Source of the DNA: Candidatus Saccharimonadales bacterium
GTDB lineage: Bacteria; Patescibacteriota; Saccharimonadia; Saccharimonadales; JANWIN01
Assembly (NCBI GenBank): GCA_038231155.1
Contig: JBBRLY010000013.1
Location: 4,305-68,304 of the forward strand
Length of the DNA: 64,000 nt
Direction: 5' to 3'
The notes beneath the pieces were generated by a model. The model had not been told where the DNA came from. It did no database searches and saw only the letters and a list, made by a program, of their open reading frames with translations. Below, piece after piece: positions 44,530 through 54,809 of this stretch. The stretch's first letter is position 1; each line of letters opens with the position of its first letter. The translations under genes were made by a program, and so were the position numbers.

Positions 44530-45512
44530 TGGATACTAACCTAGCCAGTAATATTATGGCAAAAGATTTAGCTAAGGAAGCTATTCGCAAAGGATTTGGT
44601 CGGGGGCTACTTAAAGCCGGACAAATTGACGAAACCGTTGTAGCTTTATGTGCTGATTTAACAGAGTCCACTAACATGCATTTATTTAAAGAACAATTTC
44701 CTAAGCGATTTATTGAAGTGGGTGTGGCTGAACAGAACTTAGTTACCGTAGGATCTGGTATGGCAGCTATGGGAAAGATACCATTTGTTAGTAGTTACGC
44801 TGCCTTTAGCCCGGGTCGCAACTGGGAGCAGATACGTACAACCATTGCTCTTAATAATCAGCCAGTTAAGATAATCGGATCACATGCTGGGGTGTCGGTT
44901 GGACCAGACGGCGCCACTCATCAAATGTTGGAAGATATTGCCTTGATGCGGTCTTTACCTAATATGATCGTAATAGCACCAGGTGATTCTTTGGAGGCAG
45001 AAAGAGCCACTTTAGCGATCGCGAGTGACAAACAACACCCTACCTATATGCGATTAGCAAGAGAAGCGACGCCGATTATTAGCACACCTAAAACACCGTT
45101 TAATATCGGTAAAGCTTATGTTTATACGGCTGGCACTGATGTTACTATAGTTAGCACTGGGACAATGACCTATCATGCGTTAGTTGCTGCCGATAAACTA
45201 TATAAAGATGGCATTGATACAGAAGTCATTCATTGCCCGACTATTAAACCTTTAGATGCCGTAACAATTCTGCGCAGTGCACGTAAAACCGCTGCCGTAA
45301 TTACAGCCGAAGAGGGTCAGATAAATGGTGGGCTAGGTAGCGCAGTAGCTGAACTACTCGGAGAAGAACACCCAACAATCTTAAAACGTATTGGTGTAAG
45401 AGATCACTTCGGCGAGTCAGGAGACCCCGAAGAGCTAATGGAGCATTTTGGGCTTACCGCTAAAAGCATTATATTAACCGCCCACGCATTAATGGCAAAA
45501 AGAAAAGGATAG
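44529..45512 (+). CDS. transketolase, C-terminal (pyrimidine-binding) subunit
   Basis: FIEVGVAEQN, GPDGATHQ. Its start overlaps the upstream stop. Confidence 0.9.
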   Translation: MDTNLASNIMAKDLAKEAIRKGFGRGLLKAGQIDETVVALCADLTESTNMHLFKEQFPKRFIEVGVAEQNLVTVGSGMAAMGKIPFVSSYAAFSPGRNWEQIRTTIALNNQPVKIIGSHAGVSVGPDGATHQMLEDIALMRSLPNMIVIAPGDSLEAERATLAIASDKQHPTYMRLAREATPIISTPKTPFNIGKAYVYTAGTDVTIVSTGTMTYHALVAADKLYKDGIDTEVIHCPTIKPLDAVTILRSARKTAAVITAEEGQINGGLGSAVAELLGEEHPTILKRIGVRDHFGESGDPEELMEHFGLTAKSIILTAHALMAKRKG

Positions 45513-45516
45513 ATCG

Positions 45517-46428
45517 ATGCCGCTGACCCTTAGACAAATTAGACAGAATTGTCAAAAAGCCCGCCAGACAATGCAACGTGCTCGAGATGAGCATTTTGCT
45601 TTAGGTGCTTTTAATCTAGACAACCAAGAGACTTTAATAGCAGTATGTAAAGCCGCCAAAGCTAAAAATGCTCCGGTATTAGTGGAAGTAAGTAAAGGCG
45701 AAGTAGATGCTCTTGGCCTAGACAATTTACGCGATATGGTTGACAACTATAAGGCTGATTTTGGTCTTGAAATGTATGTAAATTTAGACCACTCACCATC
45801 AGTAGAAGATGCAATTAATGGTATTGAGGCTGGTTTTGAATTCATTCATATTGATATTTCTCAGTCCAATCACGAAGCTGCTGAGGAACAAATTATAGTT
45901 GAAACTAAAAAAGTTGTCGAAGCCGCCAAGCTAACTGGCGCTTTAGTAGAAAGTGAGCCTCATTACTTTGGTGGTAGTTCTAATGTCTACACAGAGAAAA
46001 TTAACTATGAAGAGATAAAGAAGTCGTTTAGCACACCCGAAGGTGCTAAAGCCTTTGTGGCGGCTACTGGGATTGACACATACGCGGCAGCTGTAGGTAA
46101 CCTACATGGTCATTATCCAGTGCCTAAAATGCTAGATCTTGAGTTACTTCAGCGTATTCGAGATGTGATTAGCTGTAATATTAGCCTTCACGGTGGTAGC
46201 GGTACCCCAGAACATTATTTTATTGATGCTGTTAAAATTGGTGTCAGTAAAGTAAATATTAATACCGATATGCGCATGGCTTACCGCCAAACTTTGGAGC
46301 AAGTACTACGCGATAATCCCTCGGAATATGCAGTCGTAAAACTAATGAATAGTGTGATTGAGGCTGTTCAAAAAGTAGTCGAATCTAAAATAGATATGTT
46401 TAATTCAACTGGCAAAGCCTTGCCATAA
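45517..46428 (+). CDS. fba: class II fructose-bisphosphate aldolase
   Basis: NLDHS, LHGGSG and the NINTD region. Confidence 0.85.
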   Translation: MPLTLRQIRQNCQKARQTMQRARDEHFALGAFNLDNQETLIAVCKAAKAKNAPVLVEVSKGEVDALGLDNLRDMVDNYKADFGLEMYVNLDHSPSVEDAINGIEAGFEFIHIDISQSNHEAAEEQIIVETKKVVEAAKLTGALVESEPHYFGGSSNVYTEKINYEEIKKSFSTPEGAKAFVAATGIDTYAAAVGNLHGHYPVPKMLDLELLQRIRDVISCNISLHGGSGTPEHYFIDAVKIGVSKVNINTDMRMAYRQTLEQVLRDNPSEYAVVKLMNSVIEAVQKVVESKIDMFNSTGKALP

Positions 46429-46498
46429 GTAGTTTGCTTGGTTACATATACTTATGACACAATACAAGCAAAGTAAAATTTAAGAAAGCGGTGGGACG

Positions 46499-47503
46499 AT
46501 GGCTTACCAGGTACCAGATGTAGTTTCAGTAGGTGACATTGTTACGGATGCCTTTATTAAACTATTAGAAGATCAAGCGCATACTTACACCAACCAAGAC
46601 GGTGATTGGCTGGCAATGCCGTTTGCCACAAAAGTACCTTTTGACTACGCTGAAATTATCCCAGGCGTTGGCAATGCCGCTAACGCCGCCGTTAGCTTTG
46701 CCAGGCTTGGCCTAAAAAGTGGCTTTGTAACTAATGTCGGTGAAGATACTTACGGACGTGAAATGATTCAATCACTTCATAAAAACAAAGTCGATAGCCG
46801 TTTTGTGCATATCAATCCTGATAAGAAAAGCAATTATCATTATGTGCTTTGGTATAAAGAGGAGCGGACTATATTAATAAAGCACGAAGAGTACGATTAC
46901 TTTTGGCCACATTTCAGACCAGACGAAATCCCTCGCTGGTTATACTTTAGTTCAATAAGTAAAAATGCTTTGGATTTTCACGACGAACTAGCTGATTGGT
47001 TAGAAAAACACGCTGAAGTTAAACTGGCATTCCAGCCCGGTACATTTCAAATGGAGGCTGGCACGCATCGATTAGAACGAATATATAAACGTACAGAAGT
47101 ATTGATATTAAATCGCCAAGAGGCTGCCAAAGTTGGAGGTGGTGACCACCGCAACATCAATGATTTGCTGGAAAAGCTTCATCATTTAGGGCCAAAAATA
47201 GTAGTTATTACTGACGGACCAAACGGTGCTTATGCTTCTGATCAACAAGTCCGGCTTAAAATGCTGGCTTACCCCGATCCTAAACCGCCATTTGAACGAA
47301 CTGGCGCCGGCGATGCTTTTGCTTCAACCTTTGTGGCGGCCTTAATTAAAGGTAATAATATCCAAGGAGCTTTACAGTGGGCCCCAATAAATTCAATGAG
47401 TGTTGTCCAACAAGTTGGTGCTCAAAGTGGCTTATTAACCGAACCAGAACTTGAAAGTCTTCTCAAAAGATCGCCTGATTGGTATAAACCATCGTCAATT
47501 TGA
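46499..47503 (+). CDS. PfkB-family carbohydrate/nucleoside kinase
   Basis: GVGNAANAA and TGAGDAF motifs. The substrate cannot be determined from sequence. Confidence 0.75.
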   Translation: MAYQVPDVVSVGDIVTDAFIKLLEDQAHTYTNQDGDWLAMPFATKVPFDYAEIIPGVGNAANAAVSFARLGLKSGFVTNVGEDTYGREMIQSLHKNKVDSRFVHINPDKKSNYHYVLWYKEERTILIKHEEYDYFWPHFRPDEIPRWLYFSSISKNALDFHDELADWLEKHAEVKLAFQPGTFQMEAGTHRLERIYKRTEVLILNRQEAAKVGGGDHRNINDLLEKLHHLGPKIVVITDGPNGAYASDQQVRLKMLAYPDPKPPFERTGAGDAFASTFVAALIKGNNIQGALQWAPINSMSVVQQVGAQSGLLTEPELESLLKRSPDWYKPSSI

Positions 47504-47542
47504 TTTTTTAAAAGTACTTCTTATGCTAATCTAAATCTAAGT

Positions 47543-48799
47543 ATGTCACATGTTCTGTCAGAGTTGATGGGTGCCACTGAGCCTATATACACAAATCAGT
47601 TGCGCCAACTAGAGCGTGACAATGGTTACCCAGATGTTGATGTCCGGTTGATATCGTATATTGCTGAAAAAGTTCGTCAAAAAACCAAAGAGCTGGGACT
47701 TGACCCTAACGACACAAACGGTCAAGAATTATATACCGCTTTGCAAATATTGACGGCTAAACATAACCAATTTTTAGCCAGTGCTATTGCCGGGCAGGAT
47801 CCCGACAATGTAGAGGAAATGTTACCTTTAATCATTAACTATGTTCAAAAATTGTCGATACCAAGAAATTGCTGGGCAATTAAGGCTAGCGTTGCCAAGC
47901 GTTTGCTTAAAGACAAACCACCGAAGAAAGTAATGAAGCAGTTGGGCTACCGATCAATCGATTCTATGATAAAGCGCGAGAATATAAATGAACTTTACGC
48001 TGCTCTACGCTTAATTGAATCAACTAGCTGGATTAAAAAATTTGTATCAACCTATAAACAGTTAACCTCCAGTGATTTTGAAACTCGGAGAATAAAAATC
48101 ATCAGTTTAAACCCAAAACAATGGGGGATGTTAGCTCAGGACTTTGTCTATAGCCAAAGACAAAACGTTACTAATCTTAAAGAAATGGGAATTGTGGTTG
48201 TTTTACCGATGCCCGTTAAGCGCTTAAATGGATTCACCATCGCGTTATTACCTTTACTACTTAGTTATATTAATGAAGTACGATTTTATAGTGCTTATTT
48301 CAAACTGCAACAGGTAAAACCTAATTTTGGGGCTATTTTAGCTGCTACTATCAATAGCAATAAAGCTGTGAGCCTTAATGTTGCTGGCCAGCAATTGACT
48401 TGGCGAACTATGCAGCGATATTTTGGTCGAATATCGGCTGAGCGTCACCCTGAAATCTTTGAACCATATGTGCAAACCGAAGACTTGGCCTGGAAAAGTG
48501 CCGAGGAGACTTTATATCGACTTGAACCAGCCTTAAAGTTTTGGGAAGATATGGACTTTGTTGCTGCCTTTAAAGACGGTCAACCAATACCGCTAGGACT
48601 GGCCGATAATTCAGCTAGTTTTTGTAATCAACTAGCCTATGGCAAGCAGTGTGTATATAACTTTAAAGATAGCTTAACCGCTGAACTATATGCCCGTTAT
48701 ATGGAACAAGACAACTTAGTAAACAATATATCCAAACAAATTGATAGCGATTCCGATAATCTAGAGATTTCAAATCATATAGTTAGTGCTGAGGCTTAG
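47543..48799 (+). CDS. hypothetical protein (418 aa) in the pentose-phosphate operon
   Basis: Long intact ORF, 3 nt upstream of the LOG-like gene. I recognise no motif. Confidence 0.5.
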   Translation: MSHVLSELMGATEPIYTNQLRQLERDNGYPDVDVRLISYIAEKVRQKTKELGLDPNDTNGQELYTALQILTAKHNQFLASAIAGQDPDNVEEMLPLIINYVQKLSIPRNCWAIKASVAKRLLKDKPPKKVMKQLGYRSIDSMIKRENINELYAALRLIESTSWIKKFVSTYKQLTSSDFETRRIKIISLNPKQWGMLAQDFVYSQRQNVTNLKEMGIVVVLPMPVKRLNGFTIALLPLLLSYINEVRFYSAYFKLQQVKPNFGAILAATINSNKAVSLNVAGQQLTWRTMQRYFGRISAERHPEIFEPYVQTEDLAWKSAEETLYRLEPALKFWEDMDFVAAFKDGQPIPLGLADNSASFCNQLAYGKQCVYNFKDSLTAELYARYMEQDNLVNNISKQIDSDSDNLEISNHIVSAEA

Positions 48800-48802
48800 G
48801 AG

Positions 48803-49366
48803 ATGTATCAAATATGTGTCTCTGGCTCTGCTAAAGGTGAAAGCGTCGAACTTGGTAAAAACCTAGCCCACGACAGCGGTTTAGCCATCGCTAAAGGTGG
48901 TCATACTTTGTTGACAGGTGCTACCAGCGGATTACCACTTATTGCCGCTCAAGCCTATAAGCAAGCTGGTGGCGCCATGAGCTTAGGGATTAGCCCTGCC
49001 CGCACTAAAATAGAGCATGTAGTTAAATACCGTTTACCTATAAGACCATATGATGCAATTTTATACACCGGTATGCACTACGTAGGGCGGGATGCTTTTT
49101 TAATTAATTCAGCAGACGCTGTTATTAGCATCGGTGGGCGACTGGGTACTTTACACGAGGCAGTAATTGCCCTTGAAACTGATACACCTATCGGTTTTCT
49201 ACTGGGCGCTGGCGGTACCACAGAATTTATTGATGATATTTTAAAGGCCGCTGGTAGGGAATCTAACCGTAATGTAATTTTTAGCGATAACTCAGATGAT
49301 TTGCTTAACCGGTTAATCCAACTGATGGACGTTGAAAACGCCCGTTACCCAGATATTTACGCTTGA
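48803..49366 (+). CDS. LOG/TIGR00725-family Rossmann protein (possible nucleotide 5'-monophosphate nucleosidase)
   Basis: 187 aa. ICVSGSA, TGATSG and GGRLGTLHE (the PGGxGTxxE-type motif). Confidence 0.6.
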   Translation: MYQICVSGSAKGESVELGKNLAHDSGLAIAKGGHTLLTGATSGLPLIAAQAYKQAGGAMSLGISPARTKIEHVVKYRLPIRPYDAILYTGMHYVGRDAFLINSADAVISIGGRLGTLHEAVIALETDTPIGFLLGAGGTTEFIDDILKAAGRESNRNVIFSDNSDDLLNRLIQLMDVENARYPDIYA

Positions 49367-49399
49367 GCCAACTAAAATATTAGCTGTTAAACTATCTAG

Positions 49400-51364
49400 G
49401 TGAGCAAGTTTAAATTAACTAGTGATTATAAACCAACCGGCGATCAACCATCAGCTATCACCCAACTAACCAATAATTTACAGAAAAATGTCAATCAACA
49501 AGTTTTGTTGGGGGTAACCGGCAGTGGCAAGACCTTTACAATGGCTAATGTTATTCAAAATATTCAGAAACCAACGCTAGTACTAAGCCATAATAAGACA
49601 TTAGCAGCTCAGCTTTACACGGAATTTAAAAAATATTTCCCAAAAAATGCTGTTCATTATTTTGTTAGTTATTTTGACTATTATCAGCCGGAAGCTTATA
49701 TGCCAAGGACTGATACTTATATTGAAAAAGATAGTGATATTAATGAAGAAATTGATCGTCTTAGACATGCCGCTACCGATGCATTGTTATCTAGGCGTGA
49801 CGTAATTATTGTTGCTAGTGTCAGCTGTATCTATGGCATTGGATCAGTAGAAGATTACAGTAACATGGCAATTAAATTAAATCGTGGCGAAAGGCGGGTG
49901 CGCGATAAATTACTCAGACAACTAACCGATATTCAGTACCAGCGTAATGATATCGACTTTCATCGTTCGACATTTCGGGTGCGCGGTGATGTAGTCGATA
50001 TATTCCCAGCTGGTGAAGAACTTGCCTACCGGGTGGAACTGTTTGGCGATGAAGTCGAGCGGATGACCAAAATTGATCCTTTAACTGGTGAAATATTGAA
50101 TTCTGTAGAGTCCATAAAAATATTCCCCGGTAGCCACTACGTTACACCTGGCGAAAAACTAAAACTGGCACTTGGTAAAATTGAGAAAGAACTTGAACAA
50201 AGACTAGCTTTGTTTAAGTCCAACGGGCAACTATTGGAGGCCCAACGCCTAGAACAACGCACCCGCTTTGATCTAGAGATGATGGAAGAAACCGGTTTTG
50301 TTAAAGGTATTGAAAACTATAGCCGTTATTTAACAAATCGCTCTCCTGGAGAGCAACCTGCTACACTACTCGATTATTATCCAGATGATTTTATGATGTT
50401 TGTCGATGAATCACATATGACAATACCTCAAGTCCGCGGTATGTATAACGGTGACCAGGCTCGTAAACAAGTTTTAGTAGACTATGGTTTTAGACTACCA
50501 AGTGCCTTAGATAATCGTCCTTTAACTTTCACAGAATTTGAGAGGCATATTAATAGGGTAGTTTATGTTAGTGCTACTCCAGCTGACTTTGAACTTAGCC
50601 ACTCTCCCAAACCAGCTGAGCAAATTATTCGCCCCACTGGGTTACTTGATCCTAAGATTGACGTAAGACCAATCGAAGGCCAAATCGATGACCTTATCGC
50701 CGAAATAAGATCAAATGTTGAATTTCATCAGCGAGTTCTGGTAACGACATTAACTAAGCGCATGTCAGAAGATCTGACTGAATATCTAAAAGAACTAAAC
50801 ATTAAAGTTACTTACTTGCATAGTGAAGTCGAAACTCTAGAGAGGACCGACATCTTACGTGATCTTCGCTTAGGTATTTATGATGTGGTGGTCGGTATAA
50901 ATCTTTTGCGTGAAGGGCTTGATTTACCGGAAGTTAGTTTAGTAGTAATTTTAGATGCCGATAAAGAAGGCTTCTTACGCAGTGAACAGGCTTTAATTCA
51001 AACAATCGGCCGAGCCGCACGTCACGAAAACGGTCGTGTTCTGATGTATGCCGCTTCGGTTACAGGCAGTATGCAACGGGCAATTGATGAAACAAATCGT
51101 AGACGAAAAATTCAAGAAACTTACAACAAAAAACATGGCCAGAAACCAGTAGGTATTACCAAACAGATTGAAAAAGGTCTACGCCCTGATCTACCAGAAG
51201 AAGCTAAAAAAGCCAAACTAGATCTTAATAAAATTCCAAAGGACGAATATAATCACTTAATAAAGGACCTAACTGGTCAAATGGATTTAGCTGCCGCTAA
51301 TCTAGAATTTGAAAAAGCTGCAGAACTGCGCGACATTATTGCTGATATAAAATCCAAACTTTAA
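49400..51364 (+). CDS. uvrB: excinuclease ABC subunit B
   Basis: GTG start. [12 protein letters not shown], beta-hairpin region, and a C-terminal UVR motif ([11 protein letters not shown]). Confidence 0.93.
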   Translation: MSKFKLTSDYKPTGDQPSAITQLTNNLQKNVNQQVLLGVTGSGKTFTMANVIQNIQKPTLVLSHNKTLAAQLYTEFKKYFPKNAVHYFVSYFDYYQPEAYMPRTDTYIEKDSDINEEIDRLRHAATDALLSRRDVIIVASVSCIYGIGSVEDYSNMAIKLNRGERRVRDKLLRQLTDIQYQRNDIDFHRSTFRVRGDVVDIFPAGEELAYRVELFGDEVERMTKIDPLTGEILNSVESIKIFPGSHYVTPGEKLKLALGKIEKELEQRLALFKSNGQLLEAQRLEQRTRFDLEMMEETGFVKGIENYSRYLTNRSPGEQPATLLDYYPDDFMMFVDESHMTIPQVRGMYNGDQARKQVLVDYGFRLPSALDNRPLTFTEFERHINRVVYVSATPADFELSHSPKPAEQIIRPTGLLDPKIDVRPIEGQIDDLIAEIRSNVEFHQRVLVTTLTKRMSEDLTEYLKELNIKVTYLHSEVETLERTDILRDLRLGIYDVVVGINLLREGLDLPEVSLVVILDADKEGFLRSEQALIQTIGRAARHENGRVLMYAASVTGSMQRAIDETNRRRKIQETYNKKHGQKPVGITKQIEKGLRPDLPEEAKKAKLDLNKIPKDEYNHLIKDLTGQMDLAAANLEFEKAAELRDIIADIKSKL

Positions 51365-51369
51365 AGTCT

Positions 51370-51690
51370 TTAAACTGGAAGGGCTAAGTGTTCAATACCT
51401 AACGTAATTTTTAAAACTGCATCAGCAGCATGCAGCATTTTTCTGGCTGGCAGTTTAATAAGTTCAATTCCTCCGTAAAACATAACTTCATATGGATTAT
51501 CGGAGTTAGGATAACTTGACAAAATATTGGTGTTAAGTTGGTAGACAGTTTGGCTGCCAATTATCCGCGCTGTTTGCATTAAGGATTGGTCTTGGGCCTT
51601 TTGAATATCTGGAGTATTAACAATCTCAGCTATTGGCTCGGCTAGTAGGGTCGGGCAATCGGCGGGTTGGATTTGCGCAATTGCTACCAT
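51370..51690 (-). CDS. hypothetical protein
   Basis: 106-aa ORF convergent with uvrB. Confidence 0.35.
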   Translation of the reverse strand: MVAIAQIQPADCPTLLAEPIAEIVNTPDIQKAQDQSLMQTARIIGSQTVYQLNTNILSSYPNSDNPYEVMFYGGIELIKLPARKMLHAADAVLKITLGIEHLALPV

Positions 51691-51756
51691 TTTTTATTCT
51701 TTAATTATTAAGCTTAGCATAGAACTATTTTATAATATTGTCAACTCAAAAGACGA

Positions 51757-51790
51757 CGAGACTGTCCCTTGACGTCAAGGGATAGTCTCG
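51757..51790. promoter_or_regulatory. 34-nt near-perfect palindrome with TTGACGTCAA core
   Basis: CGAGACTGTCCCTTGAC/GTCAAGGGATAGTCTCG, 16/17 arm match (the mismatch is G-T), in a divergent intergenic region. Confidence 0.5.
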
Positions 51791-51915
51791 AAGTTCTTCG
51801 ATATAGGTGTTTTTGGATGTAGGTTTATTATCCACAAGCGGTTTGACAGCAGTATTCTAATAAAGGATTATAATTGTATATAACAATAACCACTTAATAC
51901 AGGAAACGTTTAGCG

Positions 51916-52410
51916 ATGCCAAATAAAAAAAGCCGCACTAAAACTAGCAAGTCTAATGCCAGAAAATTAATAAACTTAAATAAGTGGAAAAAATGGCAGA
52001 AAATAACGGCATTTGCCGTCACATTTGGGCTCGTAGGATCGGTTATTGTATTTAAGAGTTTTGCAGCGACACCACACTGCATAAACTCTACATTTAGACA
52101 AGGAAGTAGTGGTGCCTGCGTCTCAGATATTCAGTATATGCTAAATGGGGCAAATTATTATTATCATTTTGCCGGAAACCCGCCCATAATGCTGAAGGTT
52201 GATGGTAAGTATGGATCATCCACCGCTTTGATTGTTGGCGCTTTCCAAGCTGCTCACAAAAATATATTAAAAGTCGATGGTATCGTCGGCTCCCAAACTT
52301 GGCCGGTGCTGTGCAGCTATGGTTACGCCGACTACTCTCCTCACGCTCCGTTAGTTATCGTCCAAGCCTACCTAGGCACAATCGCCGCCGGCTGCAAGCC
52401 CATGACCTAG
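51916..52410 (+). CDS. membrane-anchored peptidoglycan-binding (PG_binding_1) domain protein
   Basis: Basic N-terminus and a TM helix. VSDIQYMLNG...VDGKYGSSTA...VDGIVGSQTW. Confidence 0.7.
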   Translation: MPNKKSRTKTSKSNARKLINLNKWKKWQKITAFAVTFGLVGSVIVFKSFAATPHCINSTFRQGSSGACVSDIQYMLNGANYYYHFAGNPPIMLKVDGKYGSSTALIVGAFQAAHKNILKVDGIVGSQTWPVLCSYGYADYSPHAPLVIVQAYLGTIAAGCKPMT

Positions 52411-52561
52411 CCCAACAATGTCCACCATGATGCAGTAAGCCGCCTTTGCCACCCGCCACAGATTGTTGCACCCTGCGCTTATAAGTCTTTTTAGATCACC
52501 ATTCATTTACAGTCGTTTTCGATAACAATCTAGTTGTCATATACTTACTTGGGAGGAAAGT

Positions 52562-52681
52562 ATGGCCAATAATATTAAAAAATCTCGTCAATATATCACT
52601 GATGCCTACGAAATGGTAAAGCGAGCTAATATCCATGAAGAGCTTTTAGAAATGACCCATCATTGTCCCATGCCTCTCTAA
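52562..52681 (+). CDS. candidate 39-aa small protein
   Basis: GGGAGG SD 6 nt upstream of the ATG. Sequence MANNIKKSRQYITDAYEMVKRANIHEELLEMTHHCPMPL. Below the track's length cutoff. Confidence 0.3.
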   Translation: MANNIKKSRQYITDAYEMVKRANIHEELLEMTHHCPMPL

Positions 52682-52938
52682 ATAAACCGTAAGGAAAAAG
52701 CCGCCATCCATCGAATAGTCGTCTTCCTTTTGACTCACCAACCGTAACTAAGCCTTTATTAACTTTCAAATAATTCTCTGCAACCGCAGTATCGAAATAT
52801 TCAGAGGTCTTTTCATAACTTTGCCAGTGTCTGATCCGATTACAGTACTTTAGCGTGTGACCTTTTTTGAAACGATACGGTTCCCTTTATCCCTTAAGGT
52901 AATTGGATTTTTTTATTTAATTTATTTATATCGTTATC

Positions 52939-52965
52939 AACATATATCGTGAGCCGATATATGTT
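52939..52965. other. 11-bp perfect hairpin with TGAGC loop
   Basis: AACATATATCG-tgagc-CGATATATGTT. A second, nested hairpin follows at 52990-53042 (TATACCCT...AGGGTATA). Confidence 0.4.
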
Positions 52966-53073
52966 ATAGGTAGTACGCATAGTCTGAATTATACCCTTAC
53001 TCATGGCTCAACCGAGTCTTTCGTACTTGGCTTGAGGGTATAGTCGCCAAAGACGAAATTACAGCTTGCTTTC

Positions 53074-53082
53074 TGTTATAAT
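53074..53082 (+). promoter_or_regulatory. extended -10 TGTTATAAT, 9 nt before the gatC ATG
   Basis: No SD lies between the box and the ATG at 53092, which implies a leaderless or near-leaderless gatC mRNA. Confidence 0.4.
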
Positions 53083-53091
53083 TTTTAGTTA

Positions 53092-53382
53092 ATGGCGAAA
53101 CTTACTAGAGATGAGGTATTAAAATTGGCACGGCTAGCTCGCCTACAGCTAAGTGATGCCGAAGTTAATAATTTTATTCAAGAAATAAGTGAGATACTGG
53201 GTTACGTTGAACAATTACAATCTGTAGATATTGCCAACTTAGATCCAACCTATCAAGTTACTGGCTTAAAAAATGTAACTCGACCAGATGAAATTATTAA
53301 TTATCAAGCCTCACCGAAAGAATTGTTAAAAAACCTACCAGCGGTAGAAAAAAATTATATTAAAGTAAAGCGAGTTCTTTAA
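53092..53382 (+). CDS. gatC: Asp/Glu-tRNA amidotransferase subunit C
   Basis: LARLARLQLSDAEV and the typical 96-aa size. Operon with gatA and gatB. Confidence 0.88.
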   Translation: MAKLTRDEVLKLARLARLQLSDAEVNNFIQEISEILGYVEQLQSVDIANLDPTYQVTGLKNVTRPDEIINYQASPKELLKNLPAVEKNYIKVKRVL

Positions 53383-54809
53383 TGGCAAGTTGGTTAGCAG
53401 TTAGCGATATTGCTAATAAGGTCCAAAAATCTGAGCTTAAAGCTGAAAAATTGGTTAATAAAGCACTTAGATCGATAAAAGAAGCTCATGAGTATAAAGC
53501 AATCATCGCCACTACCACCGAAAGAGCCCAGCAACGAGCTAAAACTATAGATAAAAAAGTCAGTCAGGGACAAGCTGTCGGTCGCTTAGCCGGTGTACCT
53601 TTTATCGCTAAGGATAATTTTTTGACATTTGGTGCCAAAACAACCGCAGCCAGTAATATACTTAAAAATTTTGATGCTCCTTATCAAGCAACCGTTATCG
53701 AACGATTAGAAGCCGAGGGTGCAATCTGTGTTGCCAAGGCCAATTTAGATGCTTTTGGGCATGGAAGCAGTACCGAAAACAGTGATTTTTTCACAACTCA
53801 CAACCCCCATGACAAGTCGCGCGTGCCTGGTGGAAGTAGTGGTGGATCGGCAGCCGCGGTGGTGCTAGATATAGTTCCGTTTGCGCTAGGTACCGACACT
53901 GGCGGATCGATACGTTTACCGGCAAGCTTTTGCGGTGCCATAGGCTATAAACCAACTTATGGCCTGGTTTCGCGCTCAGGCGTTATCGCGATGGCTAGTA
54001 GCACTGACGTAATTGGACCTATAACGCGTACGGTCGATGATAGTTCTTTAGTGCTCGATGTTATTGCTGGTAAGGATGTGCTAGACGCCACTACAATTGA
54101 TCGGGATGAATCAAGTTATGTTACATCTGCCGATGATATTAAGCTTAAGGGAATTAAAATAGGTGTAATTAAAGAATACTTAGCTTCTGGTTTGGACGCC
54201 CGGGTTAAAAGTCAAATTGAATCAGTCATACAAAAACTCAAAATAGCCGGTGCTAAAATTGAAATGATCAGCCTACCATCTTTACACCTAGCTTTAGCCG
54301 TGTACTATATAGTTTGTCCGGCTGAAATAAGTAGCAATTTGAGTCGGTACGACGGCCAAAGGTACGGTTTAAGTGCGCCGGGTGCAAAGGATCTATTTGA
54401 AAGCTATACTAAAGCCCGTAGTGAAGGATTTAATTATGAGAATAAACGTCGGATTTTAATTGGTACTTATGTACTTAGCAGTGGCTATTACGAGGCCTAT
54501 TACAGACGAGCCCAAGTTGTCAGAACGAAACTTATAAAAGAATTTAGCCAGGCTTTTAAAAATGTAGATTTTCTAATCGGACCTACGGCATCAACTACGG
54601 CATTTAAAATTGGCGAGCATAGTAGTCCTTTAAAAATGTACTTAACCGATATTATGACTGTGGCAGCTAATTTAACTGGTATCCCAGCTATCAACTTGCC
54701 AAGCGGTTTTATAGGCAAATTACCTGTAGGACTACAAATTATGGCTGCTCAAAAAAAAGACAAGCAATTACTTGCCTTTGCTAAAGCGGCCGAAAAGGTA
54801 ATCTCATGA
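53382..54809 (+). CDS. gatA: Asp/Glu-tRNA amidotransferase subunit A
   Basis: Amidase signature [11 protein letters not shown]...GTDTGGSIR. Confidence 0.92.
   Translation: MASWLAVSDIANKVQKSELKAEKLVNKALRSIKEAHEYKAIIATTTERAQQRAKTIDKKVSQGQAVGRLAGVPFIAKDNFLTFGAKTTAASNILKNFDAPYQATVIERLEAEGAICVAKANLDAFGHGSSTENSDFFTTHNPHDKSRVPGGSSGGSAAAVVLDIVPFALGTDTGGSIRLPASFCGAIGYKPTYGLVSRSGVIAMASSTDVIGPITRTVDDSSLVLDVIAGKDVLDATTIDRDESSYVTSADDIKLKGIKIGVIKEYLASGLDARVKSQIESVIQKLKIAGAKIEMISLPSLHLALAVYYIVCPAEISSNLSRYDGQRYGLSAPGAKDLFESYTKARSEGFNYENKRRILIGTYVLSSGYYEAYYRRAQVVRTKLIKEFSQAFKNVDFLIGPTASTTAFKIGEHSSPLKMYLTDIMTVAANLTGIPAINLPSGFIGKLPVGLQIMAAQKKDKQLLAFAKAAEKVIS

Noticed and set aside
51712-51725. GCTTAGCATAGAAC, plus similar short strings at 19341-19355, 19469-19477, 6900-6916, 2335-2350 and 25181-25200, considered as extra degenerate copies of the 25-nt motif.
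   Set aside because: Each matches only the outer 5-8 nt blocks and needs internal gaps. I cannot show by eye that these exceed chance, so they are not counted among the seven copies.
52553-52561. GAGGAAAGT, which resembles the RNase P RNA CR-I element GAGGAAAGUCC.
   Set aside because: The match stops after 9 nt. The flanking sequence is AT-rich with no P4 partner (ACAGAA..GGCUUA type) nearby. The same bases serve as a good SD for a 39-aa ORF.
52969-52978. GGTAGTACGC, which resembles the T-box sequence GGUGGUACCGCG. This was attractive because gatCAB is T-box controlled in some Firmicutes.
   Set aside because: It lacks the UGG that pairs with tRNA NCCA. I found no specifier-loop/stem I features or AGAGA box, and the following hairpin has no U-tract. 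gatC also has its own -10 box 9 nt before its ATG.
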